The notes under the pieces are model-generated. The model made no database searches, was not told the DNA's origin, and saw only the letters and a list, made by a program, of their open reading frames with translations. Positions 23,242-35,259 of a stretch of 64,000 nucleotides of DNA are shown one piece after another. The position numbers and the translations under genes are program-made. Location of the stretch: assembly GCA_051313645.2 (NCBI GenBank), contig JBNRSN020000011.1:119660001-119724000 (forward strand), given 5' to 3'. Position 1 is the first letter of the stretch; each line of letters starts with the position of its first letter. The DNA comes from Centroscyllium fabricii. Lineage: Eukaryota.

Positions 23242-25463
23242 GGGGTAAAAATACTTAACTGGGGGAAGGCGGATTTCAATAAAATTAGGAACGATGTAAC
23301 CGCAGTAGATTGGGGCCATCTCCTCAGAGGAAGATCTGCATCAGAGCAGTGGGAGGCCTTCAGAGGGGAAGTCGGGAAGATACAGGAGGAACATGTTCCT
23401 GCAAAAATTAAGGGTGGGGGAGACAAACAAAGGGAACCTTGGATGTCTAGGGATATATGTAAACTAATGAAGAAAAAAAGGGGGCTTTTAACGAATATAA
23501 ACGGCTAAAAACTGAGGAGGCACTAGGGGAGTATAAGAAATATAGGGGGGATTTAAAGAAGGAGATAAGAAAAGCCAAGAGAGGTCATGAGATTACAATG
23601 GCCAGTAAAATCAAGGATAACCCTAAGGCATTTTATAGTTATATAAAAAACAAAAGGATCACGAGGGAAAGGGTGGGGCCCATAAAAGACGATAGCGGAA
23701 AGCTGTGCGTCGAGCCCGAGGAGGTGGGGGAGGTACTAAATGAATTCTTCTCTTCAGTATTCACAAGAGAGAGGGACGATACCGACATCGAAATCGGACA
23801 GAGTGTAGGGGGGGTAATTGAGGATATTACCATTACAAGGGAAGAAGTTCTAGAAATCTTGGGAGGCTTAAAGGTGGACAAATCACCAGGGCCGGACGCA
23901 ATGTTCCCCAGGCTGCTGTTCGAGGCCAGGGAGGAGCTTGCGGGCCCCCTGTCTCAAATCTTCAGGACCTCTCTCGCGTCAGGGGATGTGCCTGAGGACT
24001 GGAGAACGGCTAATGTAGTACCCTTGTTTAAAAAGGGTAGTAGGGACAAACCGGGCAACTACAGGCCAATCAGTCTTACATCTGTAGTGGGGAAAGTAAT
24101 GGAAAAAATTCTGAGGGATAAAATCAGTTCGCATTTGGACAACCAAGGTCTAATAAGAGACAGTCAGCATGGCTTCGTCAAAGGTAAGTCGTGCCTGACC
24201 AATCTGTTGGAATTCTTCGAGGAAGTAACAAAGAGGGTGGATGAAGGGAGTACTGTGGACGTAGTATATATGGACTTTAGCAAAGCTTTTGATAAAGTCC
24301 CACATAGGAGACTAATAACAAAGGTTAGAGCGCACGGGATACAGGGTAACTTGGCACAGTGGATCGAAAACTGGCTGGGGGATAGGAGACAAAGGGTAAT
24401 GGTAGAGGGCTGCTTCTGTGACTGGAAACCAGTAACCAGTGGCGTCCCCCAAGGATCGGTTTTGGGACCCTTACTGTTTCTAGTATACATCAACGATTTG
24501 GATATGGGAGTAGGGGGTACAATCAGCAAATTCGCTGATGATACGAAAATCGGAAGGGTGGTAAACAACGATGAGGATAGTAAGGGGCTTCAGGAGGATA
24601 TAGATATAATGGTTAATTGGGCAGAAAAATGGCAAATGGAGTTCAACCCAGAGAAATGCGAGGTCATTCAATTCGGTAGACCAAATGGGGTAAGGGAATA
24701 TACCATGAACAACAAAACGTTAAATAGGACCGAGGAGCAGAGGGACCTGGGGGTACAGGTGCACAGCTCCCTGAAGGTTGCTGGACACGTTAACAAGGTG
24801 GTTAAGAAGGCATACGGAATCCTCGCCTTTATTAACCAGGGCATAGTATACAAAAGTAGGGAGGTAATGTTAAACCTGTATAACACACTGGTGAGACCTC
24901 AGCTGGAGTACTGTGTGCAGTTCTGGTCACCGCACTACAGGAAGGATGTGGCTGCCCTGGAGAGGGTGCAGAGAAGGTTTACCAGGATGATACCTGGTCT
25001 GGCGGACCTATGCTACGAGGAAAGGCTGGACAGGCTGGGGTTGTTTGCCTTGGAGAAAAGAAGGTGGAGGGGTGACATGATTGAGGTGTACAAGATCATG
25101 AGGGGACACGATAGGGTAGACAAAGGGACATTGTTTCCCCTGGTGGGAGAGTCAAGCACTAGGGGACATAGATTCAAGATCAGGGGGGGGAGGTTTAGGG
25201 GGGAGGTAAGGAGAAATTTCTTTACCCAGAGGGTGGTGGAAGACTGGAACTCCCTGCCTGTGAGGGTGGTGGAGGCAGGAACCATCACAACATTTAAAAA
25301 ACACTTGGACCAGCACATGAAGGACCATAACATACAGGGTTATGGGCCAGGTGCGGGCAACTGGGGTTAGTACAGGGAGGAGTTCTCCTGGGCCGGTGCG
25401 GACTGGATGGGCCGAATGGCCCTTATCCGCACTGTAAAATTTCTATGATTCTATGATTCTATG
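23242..25463 (+). mobile_element. Young CR1 LINE (5' end lost in gap)
   Basis: Uninterrupted RT frame, 3' UTR and (TTCTATGA)n tail. Confidence 0.95.
23598..25370 (+). CDS. CR1 ORF2 reverse transcriptase (partial)
   Basis: KSPGPD, NYRPISLTS, DFSKAFD, GVPQGSVLGP, FADD motifs; 590 aa with no stop. Confidence 0.93.
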   Translation: MASKIKDNPKAFYSYIKNKRITRERVGPIKDDSGKLCVEPEEVGEVLNEFFSSVFTRERDDTDIEIGQSVGGVIEDITITREEVLEILGGLKVDKSPGPDAMFPRLLFEAREELAGPLSQIFRTSLASGDVPEDWRTANVVPLFKKGSRDKPGNYRPISLTSVVGKVMEKILRDKISSHLDNQGLIRDSQHGFVKGKSCLTNLLEFFEEVTKRVDEGSTVDVVYMDFSKAFDKVPHRRLITKVRAHGIQGNLAQWIENWLGDRRQRVMVEGCFCDWKPVTSGVPQGSVLGPLLFLVYINDLDMGVGGTISKFADDTKIGRVVNNDEDSKGLQEDIDIMVNWAEKWQMEFNPEKCEVIQFGRPNGVREYTMNNKTLNRTEEQRDLGVQVHSSLKVAGHVNKVVKKAYGILAFINQGIVYKSREVMLNLYNTLVRPQLEYCVQFWSPHYRKDVAALERVQRRFTRMIPGLADLCYEERLDRLGLFALEKRRWRGDMIEVYKIMRGHDRVDKGTLFPLVGESSTRGHRFKIRGGRFRGEVRRNFFTQRVVEDWNSLPVRVVEAGTITTFKKHLDQHMKDHNIQGYGPGAGNWG

Positions 25464-26165
25464 AATACTGTGGCCCAGCCCCTCACACTAATACTGTGGC
25501 CCAGCCCCTCACATTAATACTGAGGCCCAGCCCCTCACACTAATACTGTGGCCCAGCCCCTCACACTAATACTGTGGCCCAGCCCCTCACATTAATACTG
25601 TGGCCCAGCCCCTCACACTAATACTGCAGCCCAGCCCCTCACACAAATACTGCGGCCCAGCCCCCCTGACTAATATGAGGCCCAGCCCCTCACACTAATA
25701 ATGCAGCCCAGCCCCTCACACTAATACTGTGGCCCAGCCCCTCACACTAATACTGCTGCCAGCCCCTCACACTAATAATGCGGCCCAGCCCCTCACACTA
25801 ATACTGTGGCCCAGCCCCTCACACTAATACTGTGGCCCAGCCCCTCACACTAACATTGCGGCCCAGCCCCTCACACTAATACTGCGGCCCAGCCCCTCAC
25901 GCTAATACTGCGGCCCAGCCCCTCACACTAATACTGCGGCCCAGACCCTCACACTAACACTGCGGCCCAACCCCTCACACTAACATTGCGGCCCAGCTCC
26001 TCACATTAATACTGAGGCCCAGCCCCTCACACTATTACCGCGGCCCAGCCCCTCTGACTAATAATGAGGCCCAGTCCCACACACTGATACTGTTGAGTCC
26101 GTGCTATGTGTCTCATATAATAGCGGAATAGACTCCAAGGTATAAAACAAGGAGGTGTTTATTCT

Positions 26166-26404
26166 AAGAAGTCACACAACACCAGATTATAGTCCAACAG
26201 TTTTATTTTAAATCACAAGCTTTCGGAGTGTTCGCCCCTTCGTCAGGTGGAAAGGTTGTAACAGATCCAGTCTCTCTTTCCACCTGACGAAGGGGCGAAC
26301 GCTCCGAAAGCTTGTGATTTAAAATAAAACTGTTGGACTATAATCTGGTGTTGTGTGACTTCTTGCAATTGTCCACCCCAGTCCAACACCGGCACCTCCA
26401 CATC
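26166..26404 (+). mobile_element. Penelope-like element remnant (inverted pLTR pair plus tail) inside the Gypsy 3' LTR
   Basis: About 89-bp inverted arms spanning 26166-26364; direct flank duplication GTGTTTATTCT at 26155 and 26405; absent from the partner LTR. Confidence 0.8.
26281..26316 (+). ncRNA. Minimal type I hammerhead ribozyme motif (mirror copy on the minus strand at 26214-26249)
   Basis: cac-CTGACGA-aggggc gaac gctcc-GAAA-gc-TT-gtg; palindromic AAGCTT stem III. Confidence 0.75.
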
Positions 26405-29400
26405 GTGTTTATTCTACAATTACAGAGTATGGAACTGCCCATATCGCTCCACGTACGAACTTATATACACTTGTGGTAGACCGCGGTACTACAGTATCAC
26501 GGCACTACACAAAGTAGTGCCCAGTAGAATTACCTAACGGCTCATACATAACATTTCTCCCCTCTTAATTTACCTTTACGGTTACAATGCTTCAGAATAT
26601 GAGGGGAATAACAATTACTGATTTTTAACAACAGTAGTATATTTATATGTTCTAGTTATGTTTAAAAGTTCAGTCTCTGGGGGGGTCTGTGGTCTCCAGC
26701 CGGATACCGACTTCTAACGGCCGGTGTGGTAGTGGTCCTTGGTAACTCAGTATCCACGTCTACATCCGGTAGACCATCCTCCAGCGCCTCGTCTTCTGTG
26801 GTAGTGTCCTGGGAGATCGTGTGTTCCGTCGGTACTGTGGTCTGAGGCAACTCTTTAGTGGCTACCGTAGCCATCATGATTTGGTCAGCGTGTCTTCTAA
26901 TTTGCCACTCTGGTGTGTCCACAGTGTACGATAATGGTCCTTGTCGGTGGCTGATAGTTCCGGCCTGCCATTCATCGTTTCGATAGTCTCGGGCCAACAC
27001 ATCGTGACCCTCTTCGAAGCTCCAGATTTCCCGATCAGAAGCTCTTTGGAACACTCAGTTTTCCACATCTCGTCTGATGTTAGGTTGTAACAGATCCAGT
27101 CTGTTGAGTAATCTCCTATTAAAAAAACAAGACTGCAGGCGCTTGATTAGTTATTGCGTGGGCAACTTTGCGGTACGCAAATAGGAAATTATCGATTTTG
27201 TGTTGTAAATCCAACTTTCCTCCCCCCATGGCCTTGATGGCCTTTTTGAACGTTTGGACGAGCCTTTCGGCCAATCCATTAGTGGCCGGGTGATACGGTG
27301 CTGATCTATAATACCGTATTCAGTTCCTTTTTAGGAATGATTGGAACGCTTCAGAAATGAATTGAGGTCCGTTATCTGAGCAGATTTGTTCAGGGACGCC
27401 ATTTCTGGCGAACATGGTCCGGAGAACCGTGACTGTCTTCTCCGCTGTGGTGGAGGACATTTTTATTACCTCTGGCCATTTGGAATGGGCGTCCACTACC
27501 ACAAGGAACATAGCGTCCATAAATGGCCCAGCAAAATCAATTTGGATCCTTTGCCACGGGGATGATGGCCACTCCCAAGGATGTAGGGGTGCCTGGGTGT
27601 TCTGCACCATCTGGCAACCTGAACATTCTTTTGCCAGTTGTTCGATGTCTTTGTCGATTCCTGGCCACCACACGTATGCCCTGGCTAGGGACTTCATCTT
27701 GACCCCGCCCAAGTGTCCTTCGTGTAGGTCACTTAAGATTTTCTTTTGTAATTTGAGTGGAATCACCACTCTGGCCCTGCATATTAACATGCCCCCGCAG
27801 ACTGACAACTGGTCTTTTCTTGTCGCATAATCTGGCCATAGGGTTAGATCCTCCCTGGACCATCCTTTTACCGCGATGCTGTGAATTTTTGACAGGATGG
27901 GGTCATTCCTAGTTTCCCGTTCTATTTGCTGGCTGGTAACGGGCAAGTGTTCTACCACTGCTGTGGGATAAATTTCTAAAGGGTCTTGTTGTCTCCCCTC
28001 TCCTGTTTCTGGCAGGGGTAACCGAGACAGGCCATCTGCATTGCCATTGCCATGAGTTCCCTTATGTTCGATTGTGTACTGGTGTGCACCCAAGAACAAT
28101 GCCCAGCGCTGCAGCCTCTGAGCTGTCCTCTGGGGTACCCCTTTTACTCGGTGAAATATCGAGACCAAGGGTTGGTGATCAGTTAATCGAGTGAAATTTT
28201 GCCCGTGTAAATAGTGATCAAACTTTTTCACTCCCCACACGAGGCTGAGTGCTTCTCGGTCTATCTGGGCATAATTTTCCTCTGCTGTAGTGCGTGATTT
28301 AGACGCAAATGCGATTGGTCTTTCTGAACCATCCCGACATTTGTGTGATAGCACCGCACCAATGCCATACGGGGATGCATCACATGCCAATCTGATGGGT
28401 AAGCTGGGATCAAAATGGGCCAACAGATCATGTTTTTACTTTTCTGAAAAGCTGCCTCACAGGTTTTCTCCCACCTCCAGGGTGTTCCCGCTTGGAGTAG
28501 TGCATTCAGTGGATTTAGCACTGTTGATAAGTTGGGTAGAAACTTGTGGTAATAATTTATGAGGCCCAGGAATGACCGTAACTGTGAAACGTTTTCTGGG
28601 TTGGGGCATTTACAACGGCCGCAATCTTGTCTGCCGATTTATGGAGACCCTCGCTATCTATCTCGTGTCTGCAATATGAAATGCGGTCCTTGAAGAATTC
28701 GCACTTTTGTTTGTTGGCCCGCAGACCATACTCCTTTAGTCTCTCTAATACCGTTTCTAGATTGGCCAAATGTTCCCCATCTGTTTTTCCCGTCATCCAT
28801 GTAGCATTGTTTCCCTGGAATACTTTGCAATACATGGTCCATGGCCCTCCGCCATATGGCTGGAGCTGACGCAATCCTGAATACCATTCGGTTGTATTGA
28901 TACAGCCCTTTGTGTGTATTAATGGTCAGCAGCTTCCTGGAATCCTGTTCCACCTCCATCTGCAAGTACGCTTGTTAAAGGTCAATCTTACTGAAGCGTT
29001 TCCCACCTACTAAAGGAGCAAAAATGTCTTCAATTCTTGGTAATGGGTACTGTACAACCTTTAGAACAGGATTAACGGTCATTTTGAAGTCCCCGCAAAT
29101 GCGGACTTTTTTCTGTTCACCCTCTTCATTCTGTGTTCTTTTTATTACTGGCACAATGGGTGTTGCCCACTCACTCCATTTGACCTTCAACAAGACCCCT
29201 TCTGATTCTAAGGCCTCTAATTCTGCCTCCACAGCCGGTCTTATGGCGTATGGTACCAGCCGTGCTTTCGCAAATATTGGCGTGGCCCCCTGTGCAATCA
29301 TCACTTTAGCACTAATGTTCTTTCATTTCCCCAGCCCAGGTTGGAAAACCTCTGGGTTTTTCTCTAATATTGTGGTTAGTCTCCCAGCAACCGATGGTTT

Positions 29401-32335
29401 ATCGTCGGTCTTACTCGAAAGCTTGTTTATTGTACTCCAGTCGAGGTGGATCCTCCTGATCCATTCCCGCCCCAGAAGTGGTGCTCTACCATCCCTCAGG
29501 ACATATAGGTACAGTCCCTTTACTTCCTTGTCCTTATATTGGACTGTTATGGGCAGTCTCCCCATTGTCCGGAACTTCTGTCCCGTGTATGTTTTTTAAA
29601 TAACCGGGGATTCTTCTAAAGGCACCCCTCTGAAAGTCTTTCTGTAAACTTTTTCATTGATAACAGAGAGTGCTGACCCCCGGATCTAATTCCAGTGACA
29701 TCTCAACCCCTGCAACCTTGAGGGGAACCCACATACTACTGCGGTCTGTGGAATTGACCATATTGTGGACTTTGAGACATCCGAGACCCCATTCTTCCCT
29801 ATTTGAATTTTCTGATTCGTCACCCGAACCATCTTCAGAGAGTTTGTGTACCTTCTTAGACCTGGTCTGTTTCTGAAATATTTTATTTAGCTTCCCAGAT
29901 CTGCAAACCGCCACTATATGGCCTATCTTGCCGCACTGTCGACAATCCTTATCTTTAGCCCAACACTTGCTCTAGTCGTGTGTGGTCTTGCCACAGCGGT
30001 AGCACTTTTTAGTGCGGGTTGTAATTTGATGGGTATTGTAGTAGATCCCCTTATTCCTTATCTCCGCTGCCCCCACAGCAGCTGCCTCAGGTGCTGCTGC
30101 GAATTCTATCGCCTGCACTAGCGTGAGCGTCTTTTTGGCTAATAGTCTATTTTGGGTAGATTCATCCAAAATTCCACACACAAATCTGTCCCTTAAGTAG
30201 TTTGGCAGTTCGTCCCCCAAATACACAGTTATTAGACAGTCTTCTGAGTTCCGTTAGGTACTCTGACTGTGACTCTCCTTTTTGTTGGTCCCGTTTAAAG
30301 AACTTGAAGCGTTCTGCTAAATGGGGGTTTGGGGTTTAAGTTTGCTTTTAAAACGTCTATAATCTGTTGTAGCGTTTTGTCCGCTGGCTTATCTGGGGAC
30401 ACCAGGGTTCTCAACAACCCATAAGTTTCAGACCCCATTGCATTCAGCAGGGTGCTGGCTTTGTTTGCATCAGTGACTGCCTGTACTTGGCAATAAATGT
30501 CAAAGCGTTCTAGGTATGCTTCCCAGTCTTCCTTTTCTAGTTGGAAGGCCCCAAATGTGTTTGATTTTGCCATGGTTAAATTTCCCAATGCATCCAAAAT
30601 GGCGTTTTTCCCGACTTTCTGCTTCTCTTCCGGCGCTTTTCCCACCTCAAAATGGCGTTTTCCCGCCTTTTTGTTTCTCTTCTGGTGCTTTTCCTGCCTC
30701 AAAATGGCATTTCCCCACCTTTTTGTTTCTCTTCCGGTGCTTTTCCCGCCTAAAATGGCGTTTTCCCGCCTTTTTGCTTCTCTTCCGGTGCTTTTCCCGC
30801 CTCAAAATGGTGTTTTCCCGCTTTTTGTTTTCTTTCCTTACCCGCTGAGTTTCCAATTACCCGCGATCGCTGGGAAGGATTGCGCTCTACCTGGACTCGC
30901 CCATTGTCCCGTGGCTGGAGGACCAAACCTGATCCTCGACAGCCTCCCTGTCGACGCCCGACGTCAGACTGCCGCTGCTGTTGTCTACCCCTCGGCCGAC
31001 GCTTGATGTCCGACTGCCACTGCCATTGTCTGCCTCTCGGTCGACGTCCGATGTCCGACTGCCGCTGCAGCACTGGACCTGCCTCGAAGTCGATGTCCAA
31101 TGTCCGACTGCCGTTGCTTGGCTGGGTCCCCGCATTCTGCGGTCTACCTGCCGTTGTTGGACTGGATCCCCAATTTCTGCAGCCTCCTGCCACCGATGCT
31201 ATTGCCAACGCTCCTCCCTGCTATGTTGGAGTGCTGGCTGTGCTGATAGTGCCAAGGCCACTCCTGATGTTGGAGTGCTGGCTGTCTCTGTTCCCTCTGC
31301 ATCACTGGAGAATCGCTGCCGCTCCCTCTTTTGGAGTGCAGGGTGTGTCGTTGTAGTTGATGGTCGCCGGTAAGAAAAACAAAATCTTTCTTTTTCTTGT
31401 AAACCGATTACACAGCTGTGGATTCGACCGACCTCATCGCCATTGTTGAGTCCGTGCTATGTGTCTCATATAACAATGAACTAGACTCCAAGGTATAAAC
31501 CAAGAGGTATTTATTCTACAATTACAGAGTATGGAAGTGAGCATATCGCTCCACGTATGAACTTATATACACTTGTGGTAGACCGCGGTACTACAGTATC
31601 ACGGCACTACACAAAGTAGTGCCCAGTAGAATTACTTAAAGGCACATACACAACAGATACTATGGCCCAGCCCCACACACTAATACTGCGGCCCAGCCCC
31701 TCTGACTAATACTGAGGTGCAGTCCCACACACTGATATTACAGCCCAGCCCCACACACTAATACTGAGGCCCAGCTCTTCACATTAATATTGAGGTCCAG
31801 CCCCTCACACTAATACTGCGGCCCAGCCCCTCACACAAACACTGAGGCCCAGGCCCTCACACTGATAATGCGGCCCAGCCCCTCACACTAACACTGAGGC
31901 CCAGCCCCTCACACTAACACTGAGGCCCAGCCCCTCACACTGATACTGCGGCCCAGCCCCTCACACTAACACTGAGGCCCAGCCCCTCACACTAATACTG
32001 AGGCCCAGCCCCTCACACTAACACTGCGGCCCAGCCCCTCACACTAACACTGCAGCCCAGCCCCTCACACTGATACGGAGACCCAGCCCCTCACACAAAG
32101 GAGTCAACAGGAGAGTCATCCACCGGAGTTTTCCCAGTGCCGAGCGTGCGGGTTCGGGGGCGGGTCGGCAATTCAATTCGTAGGAAATGATACCGCATCG
32201 GGAATCTGCTGTCCTCATGCCGAATTCCACATTTAACTCAGGCGCGTTTCCTAACAGGCCAGGGACCCGCTCGGGACAGGCGGGCTGCCTCATTGAAGTA
32301 ATTAACTGCTTGTTGAGCGAACGTGAAGAGGCTTT

Positions 32336-32960
32336 GGGGGAAAAATTGAGTTGCTTTGGGCACTAATGGGACGCAAAGCCCCAGTGGCTGGGCGTGGCAC
32401 CGCTAACAGCTCCCACGAAATTCAGCGGGACGTTAGCAGTGGCGGTAGCCAGTCGTGCCCCATGGTGCTGAGCCTCCCACGATGATGTCATCACCGTGCA
32501 CAACACCCCGCTTTTGCCCCTGCCACAAACTTCAGTTGCACCCCCTGACCTACTGCCGGACGATATGTCTGACAAGGTCAGGGTGGCGCTTTTGCAGACA
32601 CGTTGGCGCAAATTAAAGGGCAGGTGCCGAGCGGCCCATTTTTTTTGGTTCGCCTGCCAGCACTTGCCACCTTTCACTTCCTCATGTGGGGTGCCAGCCA
32701 CGATCGGTCCGCCGGGCTGTTTCCCAGCACCTCACTCGTCGCTGGTCCAGCAAGGCCCTGGTGCACGCAGCACTAGGCCCCTCCCCTTTAATCAGGGTGG
32801 GAGGCCTACAATACCGCGGCGCTACATGCTGACGTGCGTGGCATAGATATTCAATTGTAGTGCTCCAAGAAGGAGGGGGAGCGCTTTCAGTAGCGCTTCG
32901 CCTCCTGCTTGGGGCGCTACCACTGAATTTACGGCGCAGGGGTGCTAATCTTTTCAGGGT
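32336..32960. mobile_element. Harbinger-like MITE related to 2295-3002, opposite orientation, degraded
   Basis: GGGGGAAAAATTG end; shares CCCCTTTAA and GCACTAGGCCCCTCCCCTTTAA blocks in reverse. Confidence 0.6.
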
Positions 32961-33159
32961 GCACAGGATTCACGCACCTCAGGAACCTCGCCTATAAAGG
33001 GGAGGCAGAAGCTCAGAGGCCACTTTGTGAGTCCAATAAGTGACAGCTGGAAAAACTGCATAAAAATTCCCACATTACGCCTGCTTCCTTGCCAAATGGA
33101 AATGCTCTTGCTGACTCCATTTTGTGCAGAGCTTTAGCTGTCAGGAGTTTGCAGTGGCC

Positions 33160-34966
33160 CTAGAAATAGTGGATGCATTACTGATTATCTTCCAGCAATC
33201 GATGGAATCTGGAATTGTACCCATGGATTGGAGGGTGGCTAATGTTACCCCACTGATGCACAATCAATTACTACCAGTCGATGGTCAGATATAATCGAGG
33301 CTTTTATTAACATAGAAGTGGACACAGGTCCGATGATCTTCCAAGCCGAAGTGAGAGCACTCAGGTGTGCTAGCACTTTTATACCCAGTGGGCGGAGCCT
33401 GGGGAGGAAGCCGAGGAGCGGAGTCCTCCCAGGTGAGTCCTCCCTGGCAAGGAGGTGTTACAGTACAGTTACAGGGAGGGGACGCAAGGGGGAGACATAT
33501 ATACAATATATACAGTGGTTTACCACACCCACTATTCAAAAAGGGTGGTAGGGAGAAAGTGGGAAATTACAGACCAGTAAGCCTGACATCGGTAGTGGGG
33601 AAGATGCTGGAGTCCATAATAAAGGATGTAATAGCTGAGCACTTGAAAATCAGTGGCAGGATCGGACAAAGTCAACATGGATTTACAAAAGGTAAATAGT
33701 GCTTGACTAATCTACTGGAATTTTTAGAGGATGTAACTGGGAAAATTGATCAGGGAGAACCAGTAGATGTGGTGTACTTAGACTTTCAAAAGGCTTTCGA
33801 AAAGGTCCCACACAAGAGATTAGCATGTAAAGTTAGGGCACATGGGATTGGGGGCAAGGTATTGACTTGGATTGAGAATTGGTTGGCGGACAGAAAGCAG
33901 AGAGTAGGAGTAAATGGGTCTTTTTCCGAGTGGCAGGCAGTGACTAGTGGGGTACTGCAGGGATCGGTCCTGGGACCCCAGCTATTCACAATATACATTA
34001 ATGATTTAGAAAAGGGAACTAAATGTAATGTCTCCAAGTTTGCAGATGACACAAAGTTGGGAGGGTCTGTGTGCAGTGAGGAGGATACCAGGAAGCTCCA
34101 GGATGATTTGGACAGGTTGGGCAAGTGGGCTGAGATGTGGCAGATGCAGTATAATGTGGAAAAATGCGAGGTTATCCACTTTGGGGGCAAAAACAGAAAT
34201 GCCGACTGTTATTTGAATGGTAATAGATTGGGAGAAGGGGAAGTACAATGAGACCTGGGTGTCCTTGTGCACCAGTCACTGAAGGTGAGCATGCAGGTGC
34301 AGCAGGAGGTTAAGAAGGCAAATGGTATGTTAGCCTTCATAGCGAAAGGGTTCGAGTACAGGAACAGGGAGGTCTTGCTGCAGTTGTGCAGGGCCTTGGT
34401 GAGACCACACCTTGAGTACTGTGTGCAATTTTGGTCTCCTTATCTAAGGAAGGACATTCTTGCCATGGAGGGAGTGCAGAGAAGATTCACCAGGCTGATA
34501 CCTGGGATGGCAGGAATGACGTATGAGGAGAGACTGGGTAGACTGGGTTTGTACTCTCTGTAGTTTAGAAGATTGAGAGAGGATCTCATCGAAACGTCTA
34601 AAATTCTAACTGGTCTGGACGAACTTGATGCAGGAAGAATGTTCCCGATGATCGGAGAGTCCAGAACCAAGGGTCATAATCTAAGGATAAGGGGTAACTC
34701 ATTTTGGACAGAGATGAGGAGGAATTTCTTCACCCAGAGAGTGGTGAACCTGTGGAATTCTCTGCCCCTGAGGGCGGTGGAGGCTAGTTCATTGAATATA
34801 TTCAAGAAGGAGCTGGATGTATTTCTTAAAGCTAGAGGGATCAAGGGATATGGGGAGAAGGCAGGGACAGGGTACTGAGTTTGGTCAGCCATGATCCCAT
34901 TGAATGGCAGAGCAGGCTCGAGGGGCCTAATGGCCTACTCCTGCTCATATCTTCTATGTTTCTATG
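33160..34966 (+). mobile_element. 5'-truncated CR1 LINE with stops
   Basis: RT motifs in ORFs 33367-34878; 3' tail ending TTCTATGTTTCTATG. Confidence 0.92.
33254..33527 (-). mobile_element. Solo LTR inside CR1
   Basis: TG...CA ends; 5-bp TSD CCCAC; minus-strand TATAAA and AATAAA. Confidence 0.85.
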
Positions 34967-35259
34967 TATCTGAAACCTCGGAAGCCACTCTCACCACATT
35001 GCAAGTCACTATCAGAACTCTGAGGGATTGTGCCTCTAATCTTCACTTTACTTGCCATCTAATAGATCAGCATGTGTGCCACTTGTGCTATCTCACCTTG
35101 GACCTGAAAATCGGACCAAGGTGAGTCCTAGTACCAACAACACCAGCCACAAAATCAGCAACAGCAGCCACAACACCAGCCTTTTCCTCAACGAACTGAT
35201 GCTCCACATGACAGGATCAGCACAGGGGTGCACCGAGCTGGAGGCGATACTCCCAACAC

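Larger units (their letters stand above)
26091..31655 (-). mobile_element. Full-length degenerate Mag-like Gypsy LTR retrotransposon
   Basis: LTRs 31444-31655 and 26091-26553; 5-bp TSD GATAC; PBS TGGCGATGAG; PPT AAGAGGGGAGAAA; frameshifted gag (CYRCG), protease, RT (RICGDFK), RNase H (CDASPYG) and integrase (SDNGPQF). Confidence 0.93.
25464..32096. repeat. 26-bp minisatellite (TAATACTGYGGCCCAGCCCCTCACAC)n in two blocks, 25464-26090 and 31656-32096, split by a Gypsy element
   Basis: Head-to-tail units without spacers. Confidence 0.95.

Noticed and set aside
20525-23426. ORFs containing X runs
   Set aside because: Artefacts of the N gaps
25464-26090. CRISPR-like array
   Set aside because: Units are contiguous with no unique spacers, there are no cas genes, and the context is eukaryotic
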